A DNA stretch of 63,405 bases, filler included, from Lenisia limosa (Eukaryota > Protista > Breviatea), in assembly GCA_001655205.1 (NCBI GenBank). It is 8 parts of 8 records of this genome, joined end to end, with 100 filler letters (N's around TTAATTAATTAA, not from the genome) between each part and the next. Parts side by side here need not be neighbours in the genome. Positions count along the whole stretch, not along the records: positions 21,952 to 28,230 come from LPNZ01011183.1; positions 28,331 to 31,751 come from LPNZ01011432.1; positions 31,852 to 33,170 come from LPNZ01008592.1; positions 33,271 to 54,541 come from LPNZ01003865.1; 4 more parts are not named here. The stretch is one strand, 5' to 3'. The notes beneath the pieces were generated by a model. The model was not told where the DNA came from. It ran no database searches and saw nothing but the letters and a program-made list of their open reading frames with translations. Made by a program: the position numbers and the translations under genes. Below are positions 26,394 through 37,869 of this stretch, piece after piece; positions within the stretch are counted from its first letter, which is position 1, and each line of letters begins with the position of its first letter.

Positions 26394-28230
26394 TTATGTT
26401 TTCTTCGAGTACTTCTTTGATCCTTCTGAACCCTAAAGGAGTCACGCGAAGAAGAAAAAAAAATGAAAATGAAAAAATAATAATAATGAAAATATACAAA
26501 AAAAAATTCATACGTTTTGATATAACAAAGGTCACATTCACAATACTATTCAACCCTCCAGCCGACAAGTGGTTTGGGGGACTGTGCGGCTTTCGGTGGC
26601 TCCGGGGACTTCTTGTAGGTCTTTTTCGGGGCTGTAGATTCACCATCCTTCCTCGAGTACTTTTTGCTGTTTGACACATCAACTTTCTCAACCTTATCCG
26701 CCTTCGTAGGCTGGTCTCCTTGAGTTGGGCGTTGATCATTGACAGGTGTCCTATTTTCTTGTCGTTTGTGCTTGGGAACAAAAGCCGGAGAACTGACATC
26801 AAGGGTTGCCTTCTGAATGATAAACTATCACTATAATTAGGAACATTTTGATTAATATCCCATGTGTGTGTGTGTGGGGGGGGAGTCTTATTTTAAATAA
26901 AAGACACAGAATTCTCTTTCCAATTCTACTTCACATTGCGCATATCCAGGAAATGCAAAATATTTCCATTCGTACTCGGTACGGCTCCACCATCTCACAT
27001 TTTAAGCACCCCACTATTTGAAACAAAAGCATTCAACATATTACCAGAGGGTATTTGCGTGTTTATAAGGCTCAAAACTACCCACAAACTGGTGTTGACG
27101 GAGACTTGGTGTACTTCTTCTCTCCAGTAGTCTTTTCGTCACTTTTGAGCATCTTTGGAGAGGAGCTGGCCTGTCCCTTGAAGGTGTCCGCAGTCTTCTT
27201 GCTAAATTTCTTCGACGGTGTGGATGGTGTCGGCGGCTTTGATGATGATGGCGGCGGTGTTGCTGACGTAGATTTTGACGATGATGTTTTCGATGACGAT
27301 GATGTTTCCGATGATGGTGGAGCTGATGATTGTTGGGGTGTATGGGTTGTGTGAGTTTGATCTCGCTGAGGCGGTCGTTGAGATGACTGCGGAATTGACT
27401 GACTGTAAGGCTGGGGGGAGTTCCTCCTGGAAGATGTGAGGTGATGTGGTTTCTAAAGGCTTAATCTCACAATTGAAGCGGACAGAGCAGAGTATCTTTA
27501 TTGTATCAAAAACAGACGCAACAAATTTCATTATAAATATGTCACCATTCATATTCCCTCCAATTAACCAGGCTACCTGGGGTTGCCGAACGCTGAGAAT
27601 TTGGTGGACATAGACGTGTGGTCTTTAGGATCTGCTTTTTGGGGAATGTATTTCCTAATTTGACAACTTGGTGAGGGTTGGGGGATAAGCGAGAGGGGAT
27701 GGCTTATTTGAGCAAAGCCCTCCTCTTATTTGTCGCTCTCCAGTGGAGATATTAAAATGCAAACGAAAATAAGAAAGACTTTCAGTGATATTTATAAAAA
27801 AAAGACACATAAAACATAAAGTTAATTCGGATACAATAAGTGAATAAACACTATGGGATCAAAAGCATATCATGAAAATATGGGGATAGTAATAGAGTAC
27901 AAAACAATCATTCCACTCAGCTCACTCTGGTTCAAACTTCACATCCTTGTTGACGACATTAGTTGCACTAGGACTTCTGCCTCTGCCTCGCCTAACAACG
28001 TGAAGAGTGACACAGTTTCACGATAGGTGAATCTGTTATAAAAGGCAATGGAGAATACACTCATCATTTGATTATATGAATTGAAAAGTAAACTAGGGTA
28101 TGCGCTTTCCTACTCATTCCCCCACGTACCCCCGACCACGCTCGTTCCTTGAGGTCCTTCCGGAGACTGGATCTGAATATCGATCTGAACCACCACCCCT
28201 GCCACGACCTCGACCATCCCATTCATCTCT
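26394..28230 (-). CDS. Hypothetical low-complexity protein (RG/RGG-rich, then S/T/P/K-rich); 5' end missing
   Basis: Exons GRGRGRGGGSDRYSD...; RRGRGRSPSATN; SSSKTSSSKSTSATPPPSSSKPPTPSTPSKKFSKKT; KKYSRKDGESTAPKKTYKKSPEP; GSEGSKKYSKKT*. Confidence 0.5.
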
Positions 28231-28330
28231 NNNNNNNNNNNNNNNNNNNNNNNNNNNNNNNNNNNNNNNNNNNNTTAATTAATTAANNNNNNNNNNNNNN
28301 NNNNNNNNNNNNNNNNNNNNNNNNNNNNNN
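28231..28330. other. Artificial contig linker
   Basis: 44 N + TTAATTAATTAA + 44 N. Confidence 0.97.
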
Positions 28331-28730
28331 CTTTTATGCATTATTTCTTTTATGCATTATTTCTTTTATGCATTATTTCTTTTATGCATTTTTTCTTTTA
28401 TGCATTATTTCTTTTATGCATTATTTCTTTTATGCATTATTTCTTTTATGCNNNNNNNNNNAATTTAATGAAGTATTACTAGGGAGGGCTTCCCTTCGGT
28501 CCCAAAAAAGACTGCATTTCTCGATAATTCCACGAAAAATATCGTTTCACAGTCTTTTTCGCACCGTGGAACAGCCCTATGTATAACAGCTTATCCCAAC
28601 AGCGCTGCGGAGCAGAATAATCGATTTGGTCATTCCTCTTAATAGTACCCTATCATGCATTATTTCTTTTATGCATTATTTCTTTTATGCATTATTTCTT
28701 TTATGCATTATTTCTTTTATGCATTATTTC
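28331..28730. repeat. 16-bp minisatellite in two blocks (28331-28451 and 28655-28730)
   Basis: Unit CTTTTATGCATTATTT. Confidence 0.92.
28485..28579. mobile_element. MITE family A copy
   Basis: AGGGCTTCCCTTCGGTCCCAAAAAAGACTG...CAGTCTTTTTCGCACCGTGGAACAGCCCTA; no clear TSD. Confidence 0.75.
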
Positions 28731-28769
28731 GTTTATACACATTGTATTGACTACTTTCTCAAATAACCA

Positions 28770-31680
28770 GGTCCCCCCGTTCCACCAAGTCCTCATTCTC
28801 TTCCGCTGCCTCACAGCCCATACCAATGTCAAACTTCAATAGCAAGTCTGCGGGGGGAGGGGGAGTCAAATTGCGTAATAAAGTAGCAATATCAACAGCA
28901 CAGCATGAGTGGGGTTAAGAATATCTGCTCCATCTAAATAAGTAACGATTGCTCTTATTAGAACGATCGCCAAACGTGGGTACTTTGCTGATTTCTTCAG
29001 GTCTTCAGACCCCATAGCGATTCCCTCTTCGTCCCTCCTCCAAGAAGAGGATGAAAGGTGAGCATTATGGATCATAAAGATTAAAGCAGGGTAGTGACGA
29101 AGCCTGATTTGATCTACTATATACATAGTATATGATATACATGTACAGTACCGATTTTCCTTGGGAAATCATAGCAAATCGGTCAGTACATACTGGTAGG
29201 TCACTGTATATCGACTTGAAACAATCCATGTCTGAATTTTGTATTTCATGTTGAGCCTCTTTCTTGAATGTTTCATCGCATCATGAGATTTGATCAATGA
29301 TTTGTTTCTCTCAGAAAGACAGTAAACACCCCCCTTTTTTTACTTCTTTTTTTTTTTTTTAAGAAAATTAGATTTGTGATTCCCACAGTTCTTCATCGAT
29401 ACATTTTTNNNNNNNNNNNNNNNNNNNNNNNNNNNNNNNNNNNNNNNNNNNNNNNNNNNNNNNNNNNNNNNNNNNNNNNNNNNNNNNNNNNNNNNNNNNN
29501 NNNNNNNNNNNNNNNNNNNTCCAAAAGTTTGTTGTGATGTTAAGTTATGCTCTGATCAATATCACTTGAATATGATGGTATAGACGACTTTTAGAACAAT
29601 ATTTTTGAGAACTGTTTTTCACGCGTTTTAGCTCCATGAACACTCCGAAAAACTCAGGCATTCTATTTCCTCGCACACGAATTCGAACAGTGAGAGGGGG
29701 GAGTGTTTTAGGGTTAAGAATCGTCTGATATTGGAGAGTCGCTTTCTTTTCTCAATAACAGACTAGACTAGATTCAATAAACCTTCGATGAACCCTCATA
29801 CACTCATCAAGCGTCAATCAACCTTACCACCACCCCTAACAGCTACGGTTACCACCCCAGGCCGACTCTCTGACAGCAGTAAGTCTGACCATGGCTCCGA
29901 GTCCACCGGTAACCTGTCAAACTCCTCCAACGCCTCGCCCTTCGTGTTTAGAGTGGGGGCCTGGCTTTATTTCGCTGTTTTATTGAGAATTCCATCCTTT
30001 GTCACCGAAAAATCCTGACAAACCTCTGTGTTACCTCAACAGATGTCAGATGCGCAGGCTTTGAGCCTCTCTGGCACCCCTCATACCGGCCACGGCCTAG
30101 CCGTGTGTAAGCGTCTTGCTAAATCCCTGTCTGCGGACCTAGCTGTCAGCTCGCTGGGCAAAGATACTGGTAGGGGGCTATTGGTGTTAACGAATTGGAT
30201 TTAGTATGTTTTGACCTTTTTTTTTGAGGATTTCTCTGTCCCTCTTTCTTCTTCCCTTTTCCTTTTTCTTTTTACCCAGATTTCATCAATTTTTACTCAT
30301 CCCCCCCCCCCCAGGATCAATATTCACGCTGTTGGCACCGCTGCGGTCGCCGAACGCGGAACTTGCATGGGGGCATGGAGGAGTGGAGCTCAGCCACACA
30401 GGTTGGGGGAGATAGTATCATACAATCATGTTGAATAGTATGGTGGGAAAATGGTATATTTTTAAAATGTTTTTGGGTTCCGGATATTCAGACAAAAGAG
30501 ATTGATGTTTTCACGCTGCAGCTCTGATTGTTGACTCGTCCCCCGTTCTGCGCCTGTACCTCTCCCAGCTCCTGCGATACCACGGTAAGACGGCGATTTG
30601 CCAACACTCTTTTCCCCCTTACTTCCCTTTTGAGGCAACTTCTTATCCCTCACTTTCCTTTTTAGGCATGCGTGTGATTGCGATGTCGTCTGCGGAGGAG
30701 GCGTTGAGGGCCACATGGGCCGGGCCGTGCCAGGATGATCCCAACGAGGTGCGTATTTTGTGGCTCGTATGGCGACGTTGATAGGATGTACTAGACGTTG
30801 TTCACCTTATGATAATAAATAGGGGTTTACTACGGGCCGAAAAAGACCAGTAAAATATCGATATTTATCAAAGATTTATCGAAATTTCAGTCTTTTTTGG
30901 GAGCGCAGGGAAGCCCTAATAATAAATAAGATATATACGGTCAAATCAACCAATTCAGTCTTTTTTTTTTGGTTACTGGGAAGGAGTGTAGNNNNNNNNN
31001 NNNNNNNNNNNNNNNNNNNNNNNNNNNNNNNNNNNNNNNNNNNNNNNNNNNNNNNNNNNNNNNNNNNNNNNNNNNNNNNNNNNNNNNNNNNNNNNNNNNN
31101 NNNNNNNNNNNNNNNNNNTTTCTCTCTCCCTCTTTCTCTCTCTTAGATTATTCGTTTCGTATATATATATGTGATAGTACCTTTACGGCAATATTCTTCA
31201 TCGAAATTTCCTTCGTTTTATTCCCCCCTCCCCTCACAGCATAACCCGCCGTACCGTCCCTTCGATTTTTTCTTCATCAGTGCCCCAATTATGGCCTTGA
31301 ACGCTTCTGACAAAGGTGCGCGGGGGGAGGGGGGCAAGGCCGAATCAAATAGAGCAACGAGAAATAAAAAAATAAAGTTGTGTAATAGTTTGGAACACTA
31401 TTATATAACTATTCGGTTTTGGCGAGTGCGCTTTCTATGTTTCCCCAAAATACCTCGCGATTAGGAGTTGATTTTGAGCTGTTTTTGTTTCATAAATTTT
31501 ACAATTGTCGGCCAACAGAATTGATTTGGGCTCAAACCGAGCTGATTTTGGGTTGTTTTTTTTCATAATTTTCCCATCACTTCTGCAGGCGAAAAGTCAG
31601 TTGTCCGCGGAAAAAGCACTTTTGAACGTTCATGGTGCTCGTCAAGCGAGGACAGTGGTAGGCTTTTTTGATGACGCTAC
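28770..31680 (+). CDS. Hybrid histidine kinase fragment (degenerate HATPase_c plus receiver-like domain); ends missing
   Basis: G2-box-like TGHGLAVCKRLAKSLSADLAVSSLGKDTG followed by GSIFTLLAPL; receiver-like ALIVDSSPVLRLYLSQLLRYHGMRVIAMSSAEEAL...PFDFFFISAP. Confidence 0.72.
29144..29208. mobile_element. MITE family B, internally deleted copy in the opposite orientation
   Basis: TA|CAGTACCGATTTTCCTTGGGAAATCATAGCAAATCGGTCA...GGTCACTG|TA. Confidence 0.7.
30820..30918. mobile_element. MITE family A (hAT-type), intact copy
   Basis: TAGGGG...GAAAAAGAC / GTCTTTTTTGG...GGGAAGCCCTA; perfect 8-bp TSD ATAATAAA at 30812-30819 and 30919-30926; intronic. Confidence 0.88.
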
Positions 31681-31751
31681 AATGCACTAAATAGGGAGGA
31701 GTCATATTGATATATTTTTTCTCTTCTGGAACCGTACATTTGTGATACTAT

Positions 31752-31851
31752 NNNNNNNNNNNNNNNNNNNNNNNNNNNNNNNNNNNNNNNNNNNNTTAAT
31801 TAATTAANNNNNNNNNNNNNNNNNNNNNNNNNNNNNNNNNNNNNNNNNNNN
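31752..31851. other. Artificial contig linker
   Basis: 44 N + TTAATTAATTAA + 44 N. Confidence 0.97.
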
Positions 31852-31989
31852 GGTATGGGGAAGAGGAGTTTTGATTTTGGGGAGAGGGCATTGTTATTCA
31901 GAAGTGTTTCCCCAGTTCTCTTCCATCCCAACACCCACTTTGTTTTGTTTTTCTCAACCCTCGTGGGTAACCCAATTTTACCGTCATAG

Positions 31990-33025
31990 CACTTGCGACC
32001 GCCTACCATGGACAGAAGACTGAGGAAGAGAAAACGAAGGAAGCTGAGGAGGCGCCATCACCACCTCCCCCCCAGGTATGTAATATTATATCACCTCACT
32101 TTATTTTTCGATGATTTATCGATGATTTATAGAGAATTCCATCTTTTATGGAATCGAAAGTGAAGCTCTAGAAAATGAGCCAAGGATATCTCTTATGAGG
32201 GCTTCGGCCAGATACATCGTTTTTTTTTTTTTTTACATTTCTTGCGGAGTAAATGATTTCATATAATACTATATGAACCGATGATGGATCTGAGACATTT
32301 TTGGTTTATTTCTGGGGTATAGTCTCACCATTTCAGGCTCGCAATCGCCGCAGATTCTCCCTCGATGCCGGTACGGGGCTGAAGATGATGGAAGGGTGAT
32401 TATGAGGGGGGGGGGGGGNNNNNNNNNNNNNNNNNNNNNNNNNNNNNNNNNNNNNNNNNNNNNNNNNNNNNNNNNNNGCATGGGTTTATGGTATCCTTAT
32501 GTATTTGTTTGTTTTTCTAGCAATATGTTAATCTCTTGTTTCAAAAAACTATCACCCCTCTTCCTCCTAACCCTACAGCCGCCGCCGCCTTCAGCCGCCT
32601 GGGCTCTCGAGGCAAGGAGACGTCCCCTTCCGCTTTCAAGGCCGAGGAAGCCCGCGTTGTCAACGGTATTTTCTCTGTTTCCACTACATCGTCTAAGTCG
32701 CCAACTGAGATTGTTGAGGAGCTGGAGAGGGCCTTTAAGGTTGGTGGGTATGAGATTGTTTTTTCAACCTTAATGTCGTTTTACGTTGTTTTTTTTTATG
32801 ATAATGATTATATTTATTTATTCATTCATTAGTCCACATTTAATCCACATTTACGCCATTTTAGTCTATCTTTGCTCCTTTTCCACGTTTATCGCACTTT
32901 AAGACATTTGACGCCACTTTACGCAACAGGTGCGCAGTATTGCGTCGAAGCGCAAGGCGGGCGATGGCGTGGTCTACTCATGCAAGTCCAAGGTCAATAA
33001 CACCAAGGTCAAGTTCGAACTTGAG
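31990..33025 (+). CDS. C-terminal KA1 domain of a MARK/KIN1/AMPK-related kinase; fragment
   Basis: ARVVNGIFSVSTTSSKSPTEIVEELERAF...GVVYSCKSKVNNTKVKFELE matches the KA1 pattern (TTSSKxPxEIxxExxRV...VxFELE). The kinase domain is not on this contig. Confidence 0.72.
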
Positions 33026-33170
33026 GTATGTGGGGGTCCGTATCTTTTCGGGTGCTGTATATGTACTATCTCTGGGAATGATGCTGGGAGGCACGCAGAA
33101 AGCTGTGTGCGTAGAGTTGTAAGGCAAATGAATGGGTGAATTAATATTATACTATAATCCAATATCTCTT

Positions 33171-33270
33171 NNNNNNNNNNNNNNNNNNNNNNNNNNNNNN
33201 NNNNNNNNNNNNNNTTAATTAATTAANNNNNNNNNNNNNNNNNNNNNNNNNNNNNNNNNNNNNNNNNNNN
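33171..33270. other. Artificial contig linker
   Basis: 44 N + TTAATTAATTAA + 44 N. Confidence 0.97.
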
Positions 33271-33411
33271 ATTAATTCACCCAATCATTTGCTTACAACT
33301 CTGTGCACAGCTTTCTGCGTGCCTCCCCAGCACACAAGTATTATAGTAATATGTATATATGATGATATATGAATGTATGTGTATGTGCGTGTGTAGTCAA
33401 CACCGCAAGGC

Positions 33412-36400
33412 CTACTTGGGAGTGGCCAAGGGGGTGGCTGATGGCGGGGTTTGGCGATTGTAGAGCTCAAAAATGGTGTAGACATGCGATAAAGCAGGTA
33501 GAGCTGTGCCAGGTGATCTAAACGATCAGAGAGAAACCAGTATTTTATTTTCCGTCCAATAAAATTCTGAACAAGTTGGATTTTCAAAATGATAGTATTA
33601 CTATATTATATACATAAATATGATATGTATATCTGTATGATCAGTACGCAGTTTACCTGTTCTGAAGGAGCATGATGCGCTGGGTAGTACCGGAGGGGTC
33701 ATATTGGAAGTGTTTCTTCAAGATGTAGTCCTCGCCCCTCAGGGACACGAGTGAAACAACCGACGCCAGTCCGAAGCCAACAATAGGGCCATGGCTAAAA
33801 CGGTTACTGAAGCCAACAAAAGGGCCATGGTTAAAAGTTTACAGTATCATGTCGCATACTGCAGTAGTTCGTGATCAACCCTGTTGAAGTGCGTATCCTG
33901 CTTCGGCTCCTTGAACGGTAAAAGACATGATTCGGGGATGTAGGAATGGAATCATTTGATGCACACATAATCATCCCCACTTGGTGTTTTCTCGCCATGA
34001 GGCTTGACCCAGCCAAGAGCGCAGACATGAAGAACACCAACGCAAGAGCCACGACAATCTGAACGTTACATCGATATGAGTGTCAAATGATCTGATATAT
34101 AGGCGATATTTGAATGGTGTCAACACGTCATCATCAAAATACCATGCAATATCATAGTATTGAGCTACATCAATGTCAAAATTGATACAACATCAGCGGG
34201 TGTACCTTGTTGAAAGCAGACTGTTCCTCCTTTGGAAGGATATCATTCCTTATACATACTCACCTCTCTGCGTTCATACCAGGCCGTCGTAGTTACTACG
34301 GGTCTCGTTCCGCCGGTCGTCGTCAGAAGGAGGTCTATCTGCAAGTCTCGTCCTATCACGTTAACAGCCATTGGATTCAGTATTCATCAATATGGAAGTG
34401 AACACTGCGAAGAGGAAGAAGTGATGACACCCTATATGACCATTCCAAAATACCGATTTGATCTGTCAGCTCCTGCCATTTAGTATAAACTTCTTCCGTC
34501 ATTGAGACGACATCGATTTCGTCTATTATATACTTCTTGAATTGGCTCATGAAAATGGCCTGTGAAGTTAGCTCTTCCTGTAAAATACAAATACGCAGCA
34601 AAATCTTCAAAAATATCAATACTTCTCTGAAATATTTGGAAGCAAAACAAAACACAATTATAACACCCCAAACCGAATAGTCTTCATTCTGTAAGATTCG
34701 GAGGTCAAACAGAAGGTTGTCATTCCCCATTGCACTCTACAATGTTACACTGTTCCCTATCCAATGTTGAAATTCACAATAATACCTAAAAAGAGAAGCA
34801 ATCGTCACGAAAACGCTCACGCGGTATGTGTTGACGATTTCCTGTGATCGGTCTGCGGGGCTGCCTGCCGCCGTCCACAGCTGCGGGTCCAGATGGTCCT
34901 CTCGGCTCGGGTCAAAACCAAAGCCTGTCGTCACCAAGTAGTTCAGCTGCGTGGGTTGCGCAACAAATGAGAAGAACCTTCACCATCAAAATGGGCATAG
35001 TCTCAACTTTTAAAGAACCTCCATTAGTTTGCAATTCATCTCACCTGTACGCCGCCGCAAGCCTTGTTCTTGGAAGACCAAAGGGGATCATTCCGGACCT
35101 AAAGCATGAAATCCCAGCACAACATTTGTAATATCGCTCTTTTAAATAGACGCCCCCCAGCCAACCAGTGTGCGCCTCCAGCCACCGGCGTCAGATTGAT
35201 GCCGTCAACAGCAAAGGTACATTTCGGGTTGTTTTGGCAGGACACCATCGATGATGACGTTCGGTTGTATACCTGGAGGGTCTTGAATGTTTGAACTGTT
35301 TGCATTAATAAACAACTAAATAAGAAGACGTAAATATGTATTACATATTCCATCTAAACTCCAAAGATTCACCATTTGAATACAGTTAGTGAACCCCTCG
35401 AAGACGTGGTTGTAAGTAAGAACATTGTGTAACACCACGCCCACGGAAGTTGACCCAGGCAAGGCTGTGGCTCGGACGTATTTGCCGTCTTCTAGCGCGG
35501 GGTCCAGGGCAAGACCCAGACTGTCTGGCCACCCAATACCGAGGGCACACGATCCTGAAACTGTCACCGCTACTTGCCAAGTACAGGTGCTTTACGCGCT
35601 CAGTGATTTGAACTTCACTTCCAGAACCTAGGGCTTCGCTTCGGTTCAAAAAAAAGACTGAATTTCTCGATAAATCCTCGAAAATCATCGATATTTTATC
35701 AGTCTTTTTCGAACCGAAGTGAAGCCTACCAGAACCTCAATTCAAAACATAGACGTTGAGACTTTCATTAAAAAGAACATAGCATTGGGGGGTTTAAAAC
35801 TTCACACATACGAAAGCAACTTAACAATGGCCAACTACAAACCTCTAGCCAATTTGTGGATGATATTCTCATGAGTGTCGGTATGGACTTGGTAGATCTC
35901 CTTCAGCAAGCCAAGGGACTACAGTGTCTGAACAAGCCCTCCCAGATTGTGTGATTTCAGGCCAGAAAAGAAAATCATATCAGATGATATTAACGCTAAA
36001 AATCTGTTCAATAAAAATACACCTCATCTGTACCCCTTCAAAAGCAAACCTTGATAAAACCCTCAGTTTTGACGAGAGGCTCCATTGTGAAGGGGTCAAA
36101 GAGGGTGCTTTGCGAAGTGCCACTGTACTGCATCACAGACCCAATAACGGACCAAGTCGGATGGATGAGGTCTGTCGTCACACAACTACCATAGATCGTT
36201 TTTTGATCTAATGGATCACACAGTGTTGATTAGGAAACTGCTTTCTCATGATGATGGATGAAACCTGCCAAATATGATATGATCTTATACGTCTGAAGTT
36301 TTGTTGATCCTGGCTCACCTGCCGGATCTCCAGTTGGAGGAAACATTGTATTGTTCAACATCTGGGCAACAGAAATGTACTAAGACCGTAAGAGAAAAAA

Positions 36401-37432
36401 TTGCCGCAAAGTAACCAATTTGGCAAGGTTTACCTGTTCCCAAGTTGTGGGAATGGCAATGTCGTAATACTGAAGAATGTCTTTCCGGTAGTACATCATG
36501 AGGATATCGCCATCCATTGGGATGCCGTAGATGCTGCCGTCAAAGGCCACATTGTGCGTCCTGCAGGATATTGAGATGTGTATGGTAGAGGGCATTTCTT
36601 ATTGTGTATTTTTTGAAAAGAAATATGGCTTTTTGCGCTAATATCTCTAGATAACTCAGTAGAAAACACCATTGAGGTGTGAACAAAACAAATCTATTGT
36701 TGCTCCAGGCCACGTAATTCATCCGAAGGCCCCCCAGCATACCGAACGTAAGGCATGTATTGCTGCCACTCAAGCTTGTCGTCCTGGCGAATATACTCCT
36801 CCAAGGGCTGGATTGACTATACAATTACAGGCAAGACCTCCTACAGAAGTTTTGGTTCCCGTACAGAACTGACAGAGAGCCAGTGTAGTGATCCACGGGC
36901 TGAACCCCATGAAGCCATCATATCTAAAAGACTGAGCACAAATGGTGCGGCTTACTTTTGGGCAGGGGAGGAAACCTCGGCAAAAACATTTTCATACAGA
37001 ACCGTGATATCCACCTATGCAATGAAGGAAGTAGCAATCCGGCAGTGGGAGAAAAGACAGAAGGGGATGGAAATGGCCCAGAGAGCCCATCTAAAACCAA
37101 GAAGTGGCTGGGTGATGATATCTTCTTAACCAGGTTTAAAGACATGAAATATAGAAATATACGTGACAAAGGGTTGCTAAAGAGCAGAGGCCCACCTTTT
37201 CAATGAGGACTTTTGTGCCGGTTGCATTGAAAAAAGAATCCACCATTAGACTCCAATTTTCTCCGATATGTTCCGGAGCAAGCAGATTAACTACAGCACC
37301 ATCGATGTTGACATCAAGCAAAGGCACTGAGTCACTTTCTTCAAAGCAATCGCAAGTGCATTCCTCTGCGCTTAGCCATGGAATAATCAAAAATGCTAAC
37401 GTCCACCATAAACCGCGAAGAGCGACCTTCAT
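33412..37432 (-). CDS. Membrane protein: signal peptide + extracellular solute-binding domain (SBP family 1/8, MalE-like) + TM + short tail
   Basis: MKVALRGLWWTLAFLIIPWLSAEE (signal); FDGSIYGIPMDGDILMMYYRKDILQYYDIAIPTTWEQ; YGSCV...QYSGTSQSTLFDPFTMEPLVKTE; GSCALGIGWPD; ATALPGSTS; FDPSREDHLD; NLLFDLRILQ; TM IVVALALVFFMSALLAGSSLM; ends TPPSATPLATPK*. Confidence 0.85.
35629..35728. mobile_element. MITE family A (hAT-type), intact copy
   Basis: TIRs TAGGGCTTCGCTTCGGTTCAAAAAAAAGACTGA / TCAGTCTTTTTCGAACCGAAGTGAAGCCTA; perfect 8-bp TSD CCAGAACC at 35621-35628 and 35729-35736; intronic. Confidence 0.9.
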
Positions 37433-37869
37433 TCCGCTTTCACTCTCAAAATATCTCTCGACACATCACCCTATCAGCCGCGGCTTGTGCTTGGCCTTAG
37501 TTGAATTAGTATCATATAATAATATTGTTTTGTTGTTTTTCTACATTTATCAATATTTATTGTTTGAGATGTAAGGAACACCAAGGTAGAACGGACCCCC
37601 AGTTCTTGGCAACTTTTATTCACGCCAACACTCACAGGTTCCCGCCTCTCAGACCTCTCCCCCTTCTAACAATAATAGTACAATAATACACAATTATAAA
37701 TAACAACAAGAGAGAAAGCACGAAAAGCAGCTCAGATACCCCTTGCCCCTTGTCTCAAACTCAAACCATTCCTTCATTTTGCTTTAATAAAGGCGGAGCC
37801 TGTTATCCATCCACTTCTTTAGCGCATTACTTGCTGCAGCATCAGTCTCCATCCCACACACTGAGACCT

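Noticed and set aside
19569-28330. Co-location of URB1, DDX52 and Prp31 as an RNA-processing cluster
   Set aside because: They lie on different contigs joined by linkers.
33081-33335. Long inverted repeat spanning the linker as a hairpin or TIR pair
   Set aside because: The arms lie on different contigs. They are two family C copies at contig ends, so the arrangement is artificial.
35590-35630. MITE A end supplying a splice acceptor (CCCTAG|G) in the SBP gene
   Set aside because: No frame-compatible exon links this AG to the downstream GSCALGIGW exon; the region appears fully intronic.
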